A stretch of 63,171 bases of DNA, filler included, from Chiloscyllium plagiosum (Eukaryota), in NCBI RefSeq assembly GCF_004010195.1. It is 5 parts of one record of this genome, joined end to end, with 100 filler letters (N's around TTAATTAATTAA, not from the genome) between each part and the next. Parts side by side here need not be neighbours in the genome. Positions count along the whole stretch, not along the records: positions 47,164 to 53,357 come from NC_057710.1; positions 53,458 to 63,171 come from NC_057710.1; 3 more parts are not named here. One strand, written 5' to 3'. Shown piece by piece: positions 49,826 through 62,109 of the stretch. The translations under genes and the position numbers were made by a program. Below the pieces are notes generated by a model, which was given only the letters and a program-made list of their open reading frames with translations, was not told the origin of the DNA and did no database searches. How positions within the stretch are numbered: position 1 is the first letter of the stretch; the number at the start of each line of letters is the position of its first letter.

Positions 49826-50699
49826 AGTCCACATATTTGTACCAAAAGCCTTGTAGCAAAATTATGTACCTCACAAGGTTGTAAGCCCTCCTTGGGATAA
49901 ATAGAAATCCTTTAATTCTGAAAACTAGTCCTCACTAACCATCTAGACAAAACACCATGGCTGCTGAGACTCCTTGAGAATGAATCATTAATACCTTCAG
50001 ACAAAAAAAAATAATACTTCAAAATCCAAAAGTGCAAACTTAACAGCTATATGTATCACATTATCAACATCACAATAGCAATACAATAAATATTCACTTA
50101 AAATTGTGGATGTATTCTTGAAAAACGCTAATTGAAGTGAAACAACTTTAAGTGAATCAGGGGTTCCCAAAGAAGCCAAAGTCAAAACTGGAGTTAGATT
50201 CTTTCAGATATTTCTTGCTCAGATAAATGATGCATGGTTTGAAATCCTGTACCTATGCATTACCATGTATTCCTACCTGAAATAAATTGCAAAGTAAAAT
50301 AAACCACAAATTATAGAAGTACCATACAGTCAGGTACTTTAGCACTGTTCTAAGTGGAAGACAGTCTTAAAGCATTATTACGTTGATTGCATTTACATTA
50401 AACTAAAATAAAATTTAAAATATAAGAGAAAGTGTAAATACAAGTTAAAATTATTCTCATCTGATGAAGTTTTAATTGTGTAGACCCCATCTAGTGGCAG
50501 AAGATGGTCCGTGCAGGCAGAATGACAGACTGACTAAATACTCTCAGCCACTAGATGGAGGCCAGGATTTCAGTGGAAGTTTGGAACAGGATCCAGAGAA
50601 AAAGTGGACTCAGGCGACATTGAAGGTAAGAACAGAGGGTAGCAATGGGATCTGCGAATGGATTGGGAGCAATAGCAGCATACTACAAGATTTGTAGGT

Positions 50700-51135
50700 G
50701 ACTTGACAGGATAGATGTAGAAAGGTTTTCCCTTTGTGGGAGCGACTTGCAATAAAGGGCACAATCTCACAATAAGGGGTCACACCCTGAAGACAGAAAT
50801 GAGGAAGAATTGCTTCTCTCAGAAGGTAGTGAGTCTGTCGAATTCTTTACTGCAGAGGGGCTGGGTCATTAAGTATATTCAAGGCTGAGATAGGCAGATT
50901 TTCAATCAATAAGGGAATCAAGGACTATGGGAAAATGGTGGGAAAGTGATTATCAGATCAGCCATTCCTGAAGAAAGGCTCATGCCCGAAACATCGATTC
51001 TCCTGCTCCTTGGATGCTGCCTGAGCTGCTGCGCTTTTCCAGCAACACATTTTTAGATCAGATCAGCCATGGTCACGTTGAATGGTGGAGTGGAGCCAAT
51101 GACCTAAATGGTTTACTTCTGTTCCTATGAATTAC
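50700..51135 (+). mobile_element. CR1 3' end hosting a PLE insertion
   Basis: gaaatgaggaagaattgcttctctcagaaggtagtg...; 3' UTR interrupted. Confidence 0.75.
50966..51056 (+). mobile_element. PLE family A insertion with 14-bp TSD
   Basis: ATCAGATCAGCCAT at 50952-50965 and 51057-51070; tcCTGAAGAaaggctcatgcccGAAAcatcgatt. Confidence 0.88.
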
Positions 51136-51189
51136 GGTCCAACAATTGTTAATTAGTGCTGTGTATTGTGACCAGTGGTGTTATAGAAT

Positions 51190-51830
51190 GGTAGAGTCAT
51201 ACAGCAGGGAAACAGACCCATCAGTCCAACTACTCCACACCATCCATGTTCCCAAACTAAACCAATCCCAGTTGCCTGCATTTGGCCCATAATCCTTATT
51301 GGAGAGCGTTCAGAAAAGATTTACCAGAACATTGCTGGGAATAGAGGGTTTGAGTTATAGGGAGAGGTTGTATAGGCAGGGATGTGTTTCTCTCTAGCAT
51401 ATGAGATTGTGGGGCGACCTTATAGAGGTTTATAAATTCATGAGGGGCATAGATAAGGTAAATAGCAAGGGTCTTTCCCTAGGATGGGGGAGTTCAAAAC
51501 GAGGGAGCATATTTTTAAGGTGAGAGGAGAAAGTTTTAGGTAGGGAGTGGTTCATATGTGGAATGAACTGCCAGAAAAAGTGGTGGATGCAGGTCCAGTT
51601 ACAACATTTAAAAGACATTTGGCTAAGTATATGAATAGGAAACATTTGGCTGGATATGGTCAAACATAGGCAGATGGGATTAGTTATGTTCTGCAGAGAT
51701 CAGTGCTGGGACCGCGGTTGTTTGTAAAATATATCAATGATTTTGAGGAGAGTGTGGGTGGCATGATTAGTAAGTTTTCTGATGACACAAAGGTCAGCGA
51801 AGCTGCCAGTAGTGAGGAGGGTTAGGGGGA
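51190..51830. mobile_element. Rearranged CR1 3' fragments (inverted tail, then forward body)
   Basis: Minus-strand 3' UTR at 51190-51292 joined to plus-strand ERVQKRFTR...VWNELPE. Confidence 0.75.
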
Positions 51831-51944
51831 GGTAATGGCATCATGGTATTATTGCTAAACTGTTATTCCAGGGTTCAAATGCTGCCATGGAAGATGGTGG
51901 AATTTGAATTCAATAAAAAATCTGGAATTAAGAGATCATTAATT

Positions 51945-52945
51945 GTTCCTGTCTCATTACATAGGTCGACATCTAGGATAGCTTGCTCCATTACACACTA
52001 TTCAAGAAACATATCACAGATACATTCAATGAAATCTCCTCAAGGCTACCCTGACTGACTTCGTTCAGCCAATCCACACATAGATTAAAATTCCCCATGA
52101 TAATTGCTGTATCATTTTTGCAGGAGTTAGTTTTTTTTTGTTTATTGCCCACCCCAATGTGATATTATTATTTGATGGCCTATAGACTACGCCTATGAGT
52201 GACATTTTCTTCTTAGAAGTTTTAATTTCTACCCAAATGGATTCTACGACTTTATTCCCCATTGAACCATATCATGTCTCACCACTGCCCTGTTGTTATC
52301 CTTAAATATCAAGGCTACACCACTTCCCTTACCTTCCTGTCATTCTCCCGAATAGACTGATATTCCTGGATATTTAATTCCCAGTCGTGACCATTCTGTA
52401 ACCATGTCTCTGCAATGGCTACTATATCCCATTTATTCGCGATGATATCTGCCGTTAACTCATCTATCTTGTTCCGAATGCCACGAACATTCAGGTAAAA
52501 TACCTTTATGCTAATTTTTATACTTTTTTAAAATTCTAACATCTCTATTAATAATATCTTCTGAGTTATCCTTCTTTTGAACTTCTTTCATAGTCTGCCA
52601 TGTAGTTAGGCACTTCTCTACACATGCTAACCTGCTGCCTTCTTTTCCATTTACCATCATACTTCCTATCATTTTCCCCTTCCCTTCCCCCTCGATTCAC
52701 TAGTTTAAAGTTCTAGTGGCCACCCTATTTATCCTTTTCGCTAGAACACTGGCTCCAGATCAGTTCAGGTAGATACTGTCCTATCGGTACAAATCGTCCC
52801 AGTTCCAAAACTGAGGCCAATGCATGAAATGGAACCCTCTTTCTCACACTCTTCCTTTAGCCATGTGTTTACTTCCCTAATTTTCTTATCCCTAAGCCAA
52901 TTTGCCTGTAGCTCGGGTAGTAAACCTGAGAGTATAACCATCTTG
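51945..52945 (-). mobile_element. Old CR1 ORF1 end and ORF2 endonuclease start
   Basis: VILSGLLPE...VNTWLKEECEKEG; VESIWVEIK...IGVVYRP. Confidence 0.82.
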
Positions 52946-53173
52946 GAAGGAGTGATCACAATCTGGTTGAATTTAGGAAACAGATAGAAAGTGTGAAGAT
53001 AAAATCCAATACCAGGTTCCTGTGTGGAAACAAAGGAGACTACACTGTGATGGGTCCTTGATGATGTTGGCAGCCTTTCCGTGGCAATGAGACGTCTAAG
53101 TGGACACCATGGATGGGAGCGCGGCTACTGTGATGGTTTGGACTGTGCATACAACTCTTTGTAGTTTCTTACA

Positions 53174-53357
53174 GGTGCCACATGATAGAGAGTCGAGGAA
53201 TAGGGAGAGAGAACAGTTAAATGCATGGCTGCAGGGATGGTGCAGGAGGGAGGGATTCCGGTATCTGGATAACTGGGGTTCTTTCTGGGGAAGGTGGGAC
53301 CTCTATAAACAGGATGGTCTATACCTGAACCTGAGGGGCACCAGTATCCTTGGGGGG
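53174..53357 (+). mobile_element. Young CR1 ORF1 esterase fragment
   Basis: QLNAWLQGWCRREGFRYLDNWGSFWGRWDLYKQDGLYLN. Confidence 0.88.
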
Positions 53358-53457
53358 NNNNNNNNNNNNNNNNNNNNNNNNNNNNNNNNNNNNNNNNNNN
53401 NTTAATTAATTAANNNNNNNNNNNNNNNNNNNNNNNNNNNNNNNNNNNNNNNNNNNN

Positions 53458-54060
53458 TCCTATTTCTGCCTTCAGCCCATACTACCTCCAGAGGCAGATC
53501 CCCCTCAAACTTCCTTTCTGCAGCCGTTATACCATTTCTAATTAGCAATGCCACCCCCCCTCCTTTTTTCCCACCCTCCCTAATCTTACTGAAACATCTG
53601 TAACCAGGAACCTCCAACAACCATTCGTGTCCCTCTTCTATCCACGTTTCCGTGATGGCCACAGCATCGTAGTCCCAGGTACCGATCCATGCCTTAAGTT
53701 CACCTACCTTATTTCTGATACTCCTTGCGTTGATGTATACGCACTTGAGCCTATCTCTGTGTCCGCTAGTAGTCCCTGTCAGTGCTACCTTCTCCACCGC
53801 CTCCCTACAGTCTTGGGCATCCTGTCACACAGCTAGCTTACTTGCTGGACTACAAGTCCGGATCCCATCCCCCTGCCAAATTAGTTTAAACACCTCCGAA
53901 GAGTGCTAGCAAACCTACCCCCCAGGATATTGGTGCCCTTCTGGTTCAGGTGCAACCCGTCCTGTTTGTACAGGTCCCACCTTCCCCAGAATGCAGTCCA
54001 ATTGTCCAAATATCTGAAGCCCTCCCTCCTACACCAGCCTTGCAGCCACGTGTTCAACTG
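53458..54060 (-). mobile_element. Young CR1 ORF1 end and ORF2 APE start
   Basis: LKCVYINARSIRNKVGELKAWIGTWDYDAVAITETW...KKGGGVALLI. Confidence 0.9.
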
Positions 54061-55319
54061 TATCTATCCAAATGTACTTTAAATGTTGTAAGTGAACCAC
54101 CACTTCCTCAGGAAATTAATTCCACACATGAAGCACCCTCTATGTAAAATATTTATATACCTTATATCTTTTTTATAAAATCTCTCTCCTCTCACTTTTA
54201 AAATGCTCTCCCTCATCTTGAAATCCCCCATCCTGGGGAAAAGACATCTACCATACATCTCCAATCAATCTGAAGTTACACATCATGGAGCCATTCTTGT
54301 GAATCTTTTTTGTACTCTCTCTAAAATCTAATCTATCCTTTCCAATGTATAGCACTGAGCACGCTATTCTGGTCGATGCCAAGCCAATGTATTAAACTAA
54401 ATTGTCTATTGCTTTATTTTATACCTTTTTTGAACCAGAGTATTGGTATTTACAGTTTCTCAGTCCTTTGCTTCTTCTGCTCTTGGGGCGTTTGGAAACT
54501 TTTGGGCAAGTGCCTCCTCAATTTCCACAGTCCCTTTCCTCGGAATCTCGATGCATTCCATCTGATCCTGGTGACTTCTTCATTTTAATTTTCTGTATGC
54601 TTTATCAGCATGTTAACCCACCCAGAATTTCAATGACTTTCTTTTTCAAAATGACTTTGGCAGCATCTTCATCCTTGCTAAAAGAGAGATTCAAGGTATT
54701 CCTTTGGCACCTCAGACATGTCATCTTCCTCTGTGCATTGATTCCCCTTTTGATCCCTAATCACTCCTATCCTTCCTCCTACTGCCTCTGTACTACTTAT
54801 ATGCCTGCTGGAGATTACTGAATTCCATGTTCTATTAGTCTTTTCTCATACTGTCTCATTGTCTCTCCTTTTTCACTTCCCCTCATGATGTTCTGTATTC
54901 AGCTTGGTTCACCCTTACATTTTCAGTCTGACATTTTGCATCGGCACCCTTTTTAAGTTTCATTCCCCTCTCTGTCTCTTGCATCACTGAGAGAACTTTT
55001 GCTTCAGTTGTTGTTTCTTCCTGTGGGAATTGCTCCCAACTGCAGCAGAATCATCACTTTTTTAAAGACAGTTCATTGTTCCTTTAAATTTCCTGTATGG
55101 GATCCAAATGCAATCTGAACAACTGCTTGTCAATTCCATAACAGCCCCATAGTGAGTCAGGAGCCACCAATATTTAAAATGATCATAGTTTGCTCTCTTG
55201 TAAATTATTTGTTTATTCTCTTTAACCAGGGTGTGGCTTTTGGTATTTTAGGTTTTGAATTCACATTAAATATTTCAGAAATTCAGTGTCCAGAAAAAGT
55301 GAATAGACAGAATCCCTGT

Positions 55320-55628
55320 GGTGCAATAAGAGGCTATTCGGCCCATTGAGTCCACACCAACCCTCCAAAGATCATCCCACCTGGACCCAGCCCCCTACCC
55401 TATATCCCCACACTTATCATGGCTAATCCATCTTGTCTGCACATCCCTGAACAATATTGTTTTTAAGCACAGCCAATCCACCTCACCTGCACATCTTTTG
55501 ACAGTGGAAGGATACCCTCGCCGACATGGGGAGAACGTGTAAACTCCACACAGACAGTCACCCCCAAATCTGGTATCAAACATGGGTTCAGGGCATCGTG
55601 AGGCAGCAGTGCTAACCACTGTGCCACC
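55320..55628 (-). mobile_element. Diverged V-SINE
   Basis: tRNA-like head ggtggcacagtggttagcactgctgcctcac plus partial V-domain. Confidence 0.8.
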
Positions 55629-55904
55629 CAGTTATAATTGGGAGGATGAGGTCAGTCATATTAGAAAAAAGTCATGTCTTCCTGTCAGGAGAAACCTGTC
55701 ATATCTTGCAGAAACGTGACCACTAACTAGACAGCACTGCTGGTTTTCCATGCTCTTTATTGTATGTTGTATCTCCACAATGTTATCATGGAATGGGACC
55801 ATCCTATCAAGAGAACTGTAAAAGTGAACATGGAGGCAGTGAGGCATGACAAGAAGGAAAAAGTCACGCCCCTCCAGCTGGCGTCATAGTTCATCAGACA
55901 AATA

Positions 55905-56530
55905 CACAGGTTGGAAGCAAAAGTAGGCCATTCAGCCCCTTCCAGTATCCTTTGACATTCAATAAGATCATGACTGATCTGTTTCGATTTCCACAATGCC
56001 CCCATCTATCTCCGATAATCTCTGATTCCCCTACCTAATGAGAATACACCTACCACTGCCTTAAACATATTGAATAACCTGGTGTCCACCCCACTCTGAA
56101 GCACAGTTCCACAGTCAGGCAAAAGAAAACAAGAAACTCTAAAAACTCAAAGTTCTCCTTATCTCTGTTCTGAAAGGCTGACCCCTAAGTTTTAAACAGC
56201 TCCCCTTAGTCTGGACTAACCCATAAAAGGGAATATCCTCTTCATGAATATCCATTTAGGATGGAGATGAGGAGACATTTCTTCACCCAAAGAATGGTGA
56301 GCCTGTGGAATTCATTACCACAGGAAGTAGTTGATGCCAAAACGTTGAATGCATTCAAGGGGTGGCTAGACATAGCACTTGGGATGAATGGGATTAAAGG
56401 TTATGGAGAGAAAGCAGGATTAGGCTAATGAGTTGGACAATCAGCCATAATCTTGATGAATGGTGGAGCAGGTTCGAAGAGTGGAATAGCCTTCTCCAGC
56501 TCCTGTCTTCTATGTTTCTATGTTTTCTAT
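55905..56530. mobile_element. Two CR1 3' fragments in opposite orientation
   Basis: Minus 55905-56245 and plus 56250-56530 (RRHFFTQRMVSLWNSLPQ; tail tctatgtttctatgtttt). Confidence 0.75.
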
Positions 56531-59500
56531 CTCATCAACATAATTCAGGATTATATATTTCAATAAAATCTTTCCTCACTCTTCTAATCTCCACCATAAA
56601 TAAACTCAGTCTGTAGCCTTCAAGGAGAGCTATTCCTATTTCCCTCTTCGAGCAGTCCTTCTTAATATCAGTGCCCATCCTTCTACCATTACTAGACCTG
56701 TATCTAGTATGAACATTAAAGTAAATAGTGTCATAATCATGTCAAAAGGTGTTTACTCCAATTGGTATGTGAGCTAAGAATGTATGTAAGTACATGTTCC
56801 CCAATAGCAGCAATGTCTTCTGGCAGTAAACAATCAGAGTTTAGACCTGGGAGGTAGAGCAGCTTCAGGAGTTGGTCAAGGTCCCTTTTCTTACCTGGTT
56901 TTGCTGGCTCAACATTTGACATGAACATGGATTCCACGTAAAAACAGGGAGGGTTTCTACTGTACCTTCTGGGGTGCCAGAGAAAAAACCAGAACTATCA
57001 CGTTCTGTCCACAGCTCTAAGTGATATCTGAAGCTGTCCTACAGATTCTTCAGTGATCTCGTAACAAAGTAGCTATTCCCAAAGACATGTTTATACAGCT
57101 TGAAACTTAAAATACCGCTATCCCAAACTCTTGATTACGCCTCTTTATTAGGTATTCATTCAGATTTGCAGGGTAGCCACTTCCATTGTAGGTACCCTGT
57201 ATTTTTAACCATCCTGTCTGGATATGTTATGACATATTTCTGAGGCAGAGCCACTACCACTACACTTCCATTGTATTTTAGCTGTGTAATTAACTTTGAA
57301 CTGTCTCGGCCATTAATTTGAATGGCTGCCATTCTTCCAGATTTGGTGAGGTAGGAAAAAGCTATTTACACCTCCAGGGGAACCACTGTCCTCAAATTTC
57401 TGTTTGCCCCTGTGGAAATTTCAAATACTTCTCGTGATCCTTCTGGACATAAATTGGTTCCAATTAGAGTTGAATCCACTTGAGAATTTAGATGACTTTT
57501 GGGCACTATGCTTAAAAGTCCTTCGTATCCATTTTTAAAACGAGATTACAATTTGTAACACTATATTACAACTGCACATTTGACACAACAGTATGTAAAT
57601 GATTGAGAATGTAATGAACTCAACCTGACAATATCTGATTTATAGACATTCAGACTAAACGTAGAGTGCAGTAGACCTTTCATTTTTATTCTGCAAATTA
57701 AGGAGACCTGCAATTTGTAACATACTGTAATTATTTGTCAACTGAAATGTTCATTATTGTGTCACCTTTTTATTATTACGTGTTTGCTTTTATTTTAATG
57801 ACTGTCTCTAACTATGTTATGAATTATGATTGCTTTATTTCTACCGTTATCACAATTTGTCACTTGCTACCATGTTGATTTTTTGAAAACGAATTACAAT
57901 ATCTATCTATCTATCTGTCTATCCATCTCTCTAATAGTTGGGCTTTCTGTCAAATGACTTTGACAGCATCCAGTTTTAGACTTTAGAATAAATATACCCA
58001 AAACTATAAATATTTTTTGAAGTAAAATTAAGAACAGAATCTTCTCAGGCTCTGAGTAACATGGGCTGTGGCAAGAAGCCTGGGAGAGTTATGTACGAAG
58101 CCAAGAGCTTTCTTGATAGCAAGAGCTTTCTTGATATCAAGAGCAACAAGACACATTTTCCAAGGAGGTTCCAGATGTTGAGATGAGATTCTCACTAGTG
58201 AGTGATGAAAGGCGTATGAATAGGGACTACTGCACATTATAACTTTCACAATTACTCAACAGTGCCCCATCAGTATGCACTCTACCACTTGTCAAGTAGA
58301 AAATGGTCATGACAATTTGCAACATTGAATGGGCACCTGCTGACTCCAGATCTCATAGATCCAGTCACTGCAGGGGTTATCATCACTGTTGATCTGATGC
58401 AATGAGGGTGCAGAGAAATTGAGGAGGAACAGTCTCACCAGCAAAACCAGGACCAGCAGCTGCTCAACAGCCTCTAGATGAAAAGATCATTTGAGAGAAC
58501 TGGCAAGGCCTCTGGGACAGAAGCCTTCCACAAACCTCAATAAAAATGACACTTTGTCAAAATATGGTATGGTTCATCCCTAAGTGTTTGAAACTAAATG
58601 AGGGTACCATCAAACTATTTGCAAAAACGTTTTTATAAACTCACACTCCTCGGTGTGTGGAGGGAGTGGTGGGGATGGCAGGAAGGGTGGGGGAGAGAAA
58701 AACTAATATAAAGCCTTGCTTAACACTAGCAATGTTATGCCCCTGTCTCCACTTTTACAATCACAATTTACATGAAGGAACTGGTTATAGTAACATTCTT
58801 CAGGCTTTTCATTTTAAAGAACTGGGTCATCTCACGATTTCTTTTTTCAGCACTGAAACAAGTTCAGTTCAATAAATCCATTTTCATAACTCAAACCCCA
58901 AACCCTCAAATAATTCCTTTTCGGCACCTTTGCAGTTAATCAATCTTCTTCTTAAGATAAGTTGCTACGGTATTCTAAGTGTGGCTTTATTAACAAATTA
59001 TACAAGGTTAAAAAAAAAGTCTGGTTCAATTTATAATTAAATTACTCCAGTACTTGATTAAATTTGTTGATAACAGCTTCAACTTGACTGTCACTGAATG
59101 ACTAATAATCACATTGTAACACACGGCTCTTGGTAGCATGCTGGAAATAGAGAGGAGGTGATTTCAACTCCTGGCATGAGCTGAATTGATACCATTTTGT
59201 TTACTGGCACTGAACAAAATAATCTCACAAGCTTCCAAATTGTTGTAAATATTCAACTCATTTACTCCTGTCTTTTGGAGAAGGGATCCTTCTACCTTCC
59301 TGTTAATAACCCCACTCCCTACTTATGTGGTCTGGCCCGTATGTGACTCAAATTCTATAGCCTATGATTCACTATCAATGCCGTCAATAGAATTAGAGAT
59401 GACCAATAAGTACCATCTACTTTGCAAGAGAAAAGATTCTTACTTGACAGAACACTCATTGAGTTGGTTGTATGCTGATATATATATATATATATATATA

Positions 59501-59574
59501 CAGACATTACTTTAGATTGAGTATATCCCCATTGAGATCTACCTCACCCTGTATAGTCCATTTCTTTTACCCCA

Positions 59575-59735
59575 ATACATTTAAATACTGTTCATCCAGG
59601 AAGGGGCAGAGGGACATGGGCCAAATGCTGGCAAATGGGATGAGATTAATTTAGGATATTTGGTTTGCATGGACGAGTTGGACTGATGGGTCTGTTTCCT
59701 TGCTGTACAACGCTATGATTCTATGACTCTATCTC
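59575..59735 (+). mobile_element. CR1 3' UTR fragment
   Basis: gggccaaatgctggcaaatggga...ctatgattctatgactctat. Confidence 0.75.
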
Positions 59736-60081
59736 ATCTATTAGTAACATTGGAACAATGAATGAATTGTTCGGTATCTCAAAGTCTATTCTGCCATTTA
59801 TTTAGATCTTATGGAGAATGCCCTTTTTGTGGTGGGTAAGCTTTTAGGATCAATAATCAATAACAACAAGGAACTTGGAGAGGTTTGACATGATTAAGAA
59901 GAAACATCATGAACTATAAAAGGCAGATTGTATATGACTGATCTAGTTTGTGTTTTTTAATGAAGTAACAAAGAATGGCATTTGATTTTAGTTCACTACT
60001 GGGATGTGAGCATTGCACGCAAGATCAGTGTTTGTTGCCCTTCATTAATTAGTCCTCAGAGAATAGTAGGAGAAAGTGGAC

Positions 60082-60160
60082 ATTCCTGATGAAACGTCGA
60101 CTCTCCTGCTCCTCGGATGCTGCCTGACCCACTGTCCTTTTCCAGCTCCACATTCTTTGA
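60082..60160 (+). mobile_element. PLE family A copy with hammerhead stem II deleted
   Basis: attcCTGATGAAACGTCgactctcctgctcctcggatgctgcctgacc. Confidence 0.8.
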
Positions 60161-61149
60161 TTCTTCAGAAGATAGTGATAAGTCTTCTTACTGAACCACT
60201 GTAGTCCATGTGATAGCACGACATGAAGTGCAGGGTTTTGACACAACAACATTGAAGCAACGGTGATATTTTTCGAGGGTCAGGCTTGGAGACAAACTGG
60301 TGGGTAATGAGGTGGTGGTGTTCCCATATATTTCCTGCCCTTATCCTAAGAAGGTTGTGGGTTTAGAAGGTGTGGTTAAAGAAGCCTTGGTTAATCGAAG
60401 CAGTACATCTTGTCAATAGAACACACTGTTTAGTGAGCACGGTGGTGAAATAGCTGGATTACATCTTATCACCCACTAGAAAGAGTCAAGTAGGCTGTTT
60501 TGAGCTGTGTGGTGTTATGTTTGTTGATTGATAGTGCTAGACCACTCATTTAACCAGGAAAGTGGAGAATTTTCCATCCTACTCCTAGTAGGAACAGAAG
60601 GATTTGGGTTTAATTTTCAGGTGACAGGACTTACTTACAGAATGGACATTAAAGCATATGGGAACTTGGGTTTCATAAATAGACATATTACGACAAAAAC
60701 AGAGAAGTCATGCTGAACATTTTTCAAGATCTGATTAAGCCAAAATTAGAGTATTCCATCCAGTTCTGTCCACCGCAGTTTAAGAAGGAACTGAGAGTCC
60801 TTCAGTCTCCTTGAGGAAGGATTTACAATTGAATCAGACAAGAAGTCCGATGAGGCCTATCTTGACATAGGGACCATTTCTCTTCATCTTTTATGCTTTT
60901 GCTGAACTCTGAGATGAGTTTCCTATGAGGCAGCAGCCAGTTCCTCTGTAAGGGGGATGATTACTTGTTAAACACCTTATTAATGCCACAACTCACTTCA
61001 ATAATATTCAGCTTCCCATTGTACCAAATGCAAGGTTAAGGTAAAGTTGCCATAGTCCCACTGGACCATAAGGCACTCTCTCATTAGAGAGAGACAACTG
61101 GGACTGTCGCAGAAACAAGATGACCTGTGGTGCAGGAGCAAAGTTCCTT

Positions 61150-61803
61150 AGAAGTGGAGTCACAAGTAGACTGGGCGGTGAAGAAGGTTTGGCATGCTGG
61201 CCTTCATTAGTCAGAGCATTGAGTGTAGGAGTTGGGATGTCATGTTATGGCTATACAAGACATTAGTGAGGTCACATTTGTAGTACTGTGTATAATTCTG
61301 GTCACCTTTACTGTAAGAAGGACATTATTAAACTGTAAAAGATGCAGAAAAGATTTACAAGGATGTTGCCAGGACTGAAGTGTTTGAGTTACAGGGAGAG
61401 GTTGATGAGACTGGAGCTTTTTTCCCTGGAATGATGGAGGCTGAGGGGTGACCTTATAGAGGTTTATAAAATCATGAGGGGCATGGATAGGGTAAATAGA
61501 TGAGGCCTTTTTCTCCCAGGGTTGGGGAGTCCAAAACTAGAGGGCATAGGTTTAAGGTGAGAAGGGAAAGACTTAAAAAGGACCTAAGGGTTGGTGCATG
61601 AATGGAATGAGCTGCCAGAGGAAGTGGTGGAGGCTGGTACAATTACAACATTTAAAAGGCATCTAGATGGATATATGGATAGGAAGGGTTTAGAGGGATA
61701 TGAGTAAAATGCTGGCAAATGGGACTAGATCAGATTGGGATGTCTGGTCAACGCAGATGAGTTGGACCGAAGGGTCTTTTTCTGTGCTGTCTGACACTAT
61801 GAT
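61150..61803 (+). mobile_element. CR1 3' end
   Basis: QKRFTRMLPGL, RLRGDLIEVYKIMRG, WNELPEEVV; CR1 3' UTR. Confidence 0.9.
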
Positions 61804-62109
61804 GATGATTTCACCTGAAGATTATGATGCCTCAGGAGAGGGGGAGATTGAGAAGGACAATTGAACCTACACTGTTAGCATCACTCCATTGCAAACCAGC
61901 CAACTGAGTTAACTGACCTCTTTATATGCATCTAGCATCAAAACCTCTTGATGTGGCAATCAGACTAGGTAGCTGAAAATTTCACTTGCTGCTTGCTCTT
62001 AGGAATGTCCATTTTGGGTATTGAACACCAACGCCAGGCACATGCTCCATAGGAACTGGCTACATGCACACCATTTCCTTCAACATGGGCATCTAACATA
62101 TCCAATTTT

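Noticed and set aside
58102..58144. Tandem 18-bp duplication of a small hairpin (caagagctttcttgata)
   Set aside because: Only ~2.4 copies with no related sequence seen elsewhere; consistent with local slippage
59478..59500. (AT)n microsatellite; also (CTAT)n at ~57900
   Set aside because: Ordinary simple repeats
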